Part shown: positions 63,932 to 64,000 of the stretch, one piece after another | Numbering within the stretch: the first letter of the stretch is position 1 | Layout: each line of letters opens with the position of its first letter | From: Takakia lepidozioides | Lineage: Eukaryota; Plantae; Bryophyta | Reading direction: 5' to 3' | Length of the DNA: 64,000 bases | NCBI GenBank assembly: GCA_030704615.1 | Contig: CM060732.1 | Span: 14,260,001 to 14,324,000 of the forward strand | The notes under the pieces: generated by a model | The model's input: the letters and a program-made list of their open reading frames with translations, nothing else | Databases searched by the model: none | What the model was told of the DNA's origin: nothing | Position numbers and translations under genes: made by a program

Positions 63932-64000
63932 GTCTGCAATGCCTCGAAAAGAGACAAGGTTTCACGTCGTGTGGGTGTCACGGAGAAGACAATATAAGTC

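Overview
Eukaryotic, intron-containing DNA that is almost entirely nested transposable elements. It is probably from a land plant, possibly a bryophyte-grade lineage (inferred from TE types and an organelle-like tRNA remnant). There is a 500-N gap at 10788-11287 and no ordinary host gene is recognisable. The dominant elements are Mutator-like (MULE) DNA transposons with SWIM-finger transposases from at least four families (called A, B, D, E here), plus two LTR retrotransposons and several smaller inserts. The main observation is a complete 13.5-kb family-A element (44307-57851) with short TIRs and a GTTGCAAG(G) target-site duplication. Divergent from its transposase it carries a multi-exon gene whose conceptual product joins a ParB/Srx-like N-terminal domain to a beta-class N4C/N6A DNA-methyltransferase-like domain. 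Its non-coding DNA is filled with arrays of the palindrome GGAAATTCGGCGCCGAATTTCC. A diverged homologue of the gene (20018-23402) keeps the same intron positions but sits beside a different palindrome, GGAAATGCGGCGCCGCATTTCC. A second cargo gene of unknown function (about 190-210 aa) occurs twice. This suggests a transposon-encoded, sequence-specific self-recognition or modification system. All domain calls are by-eye motif recognition and need HMM or structure confirmation.
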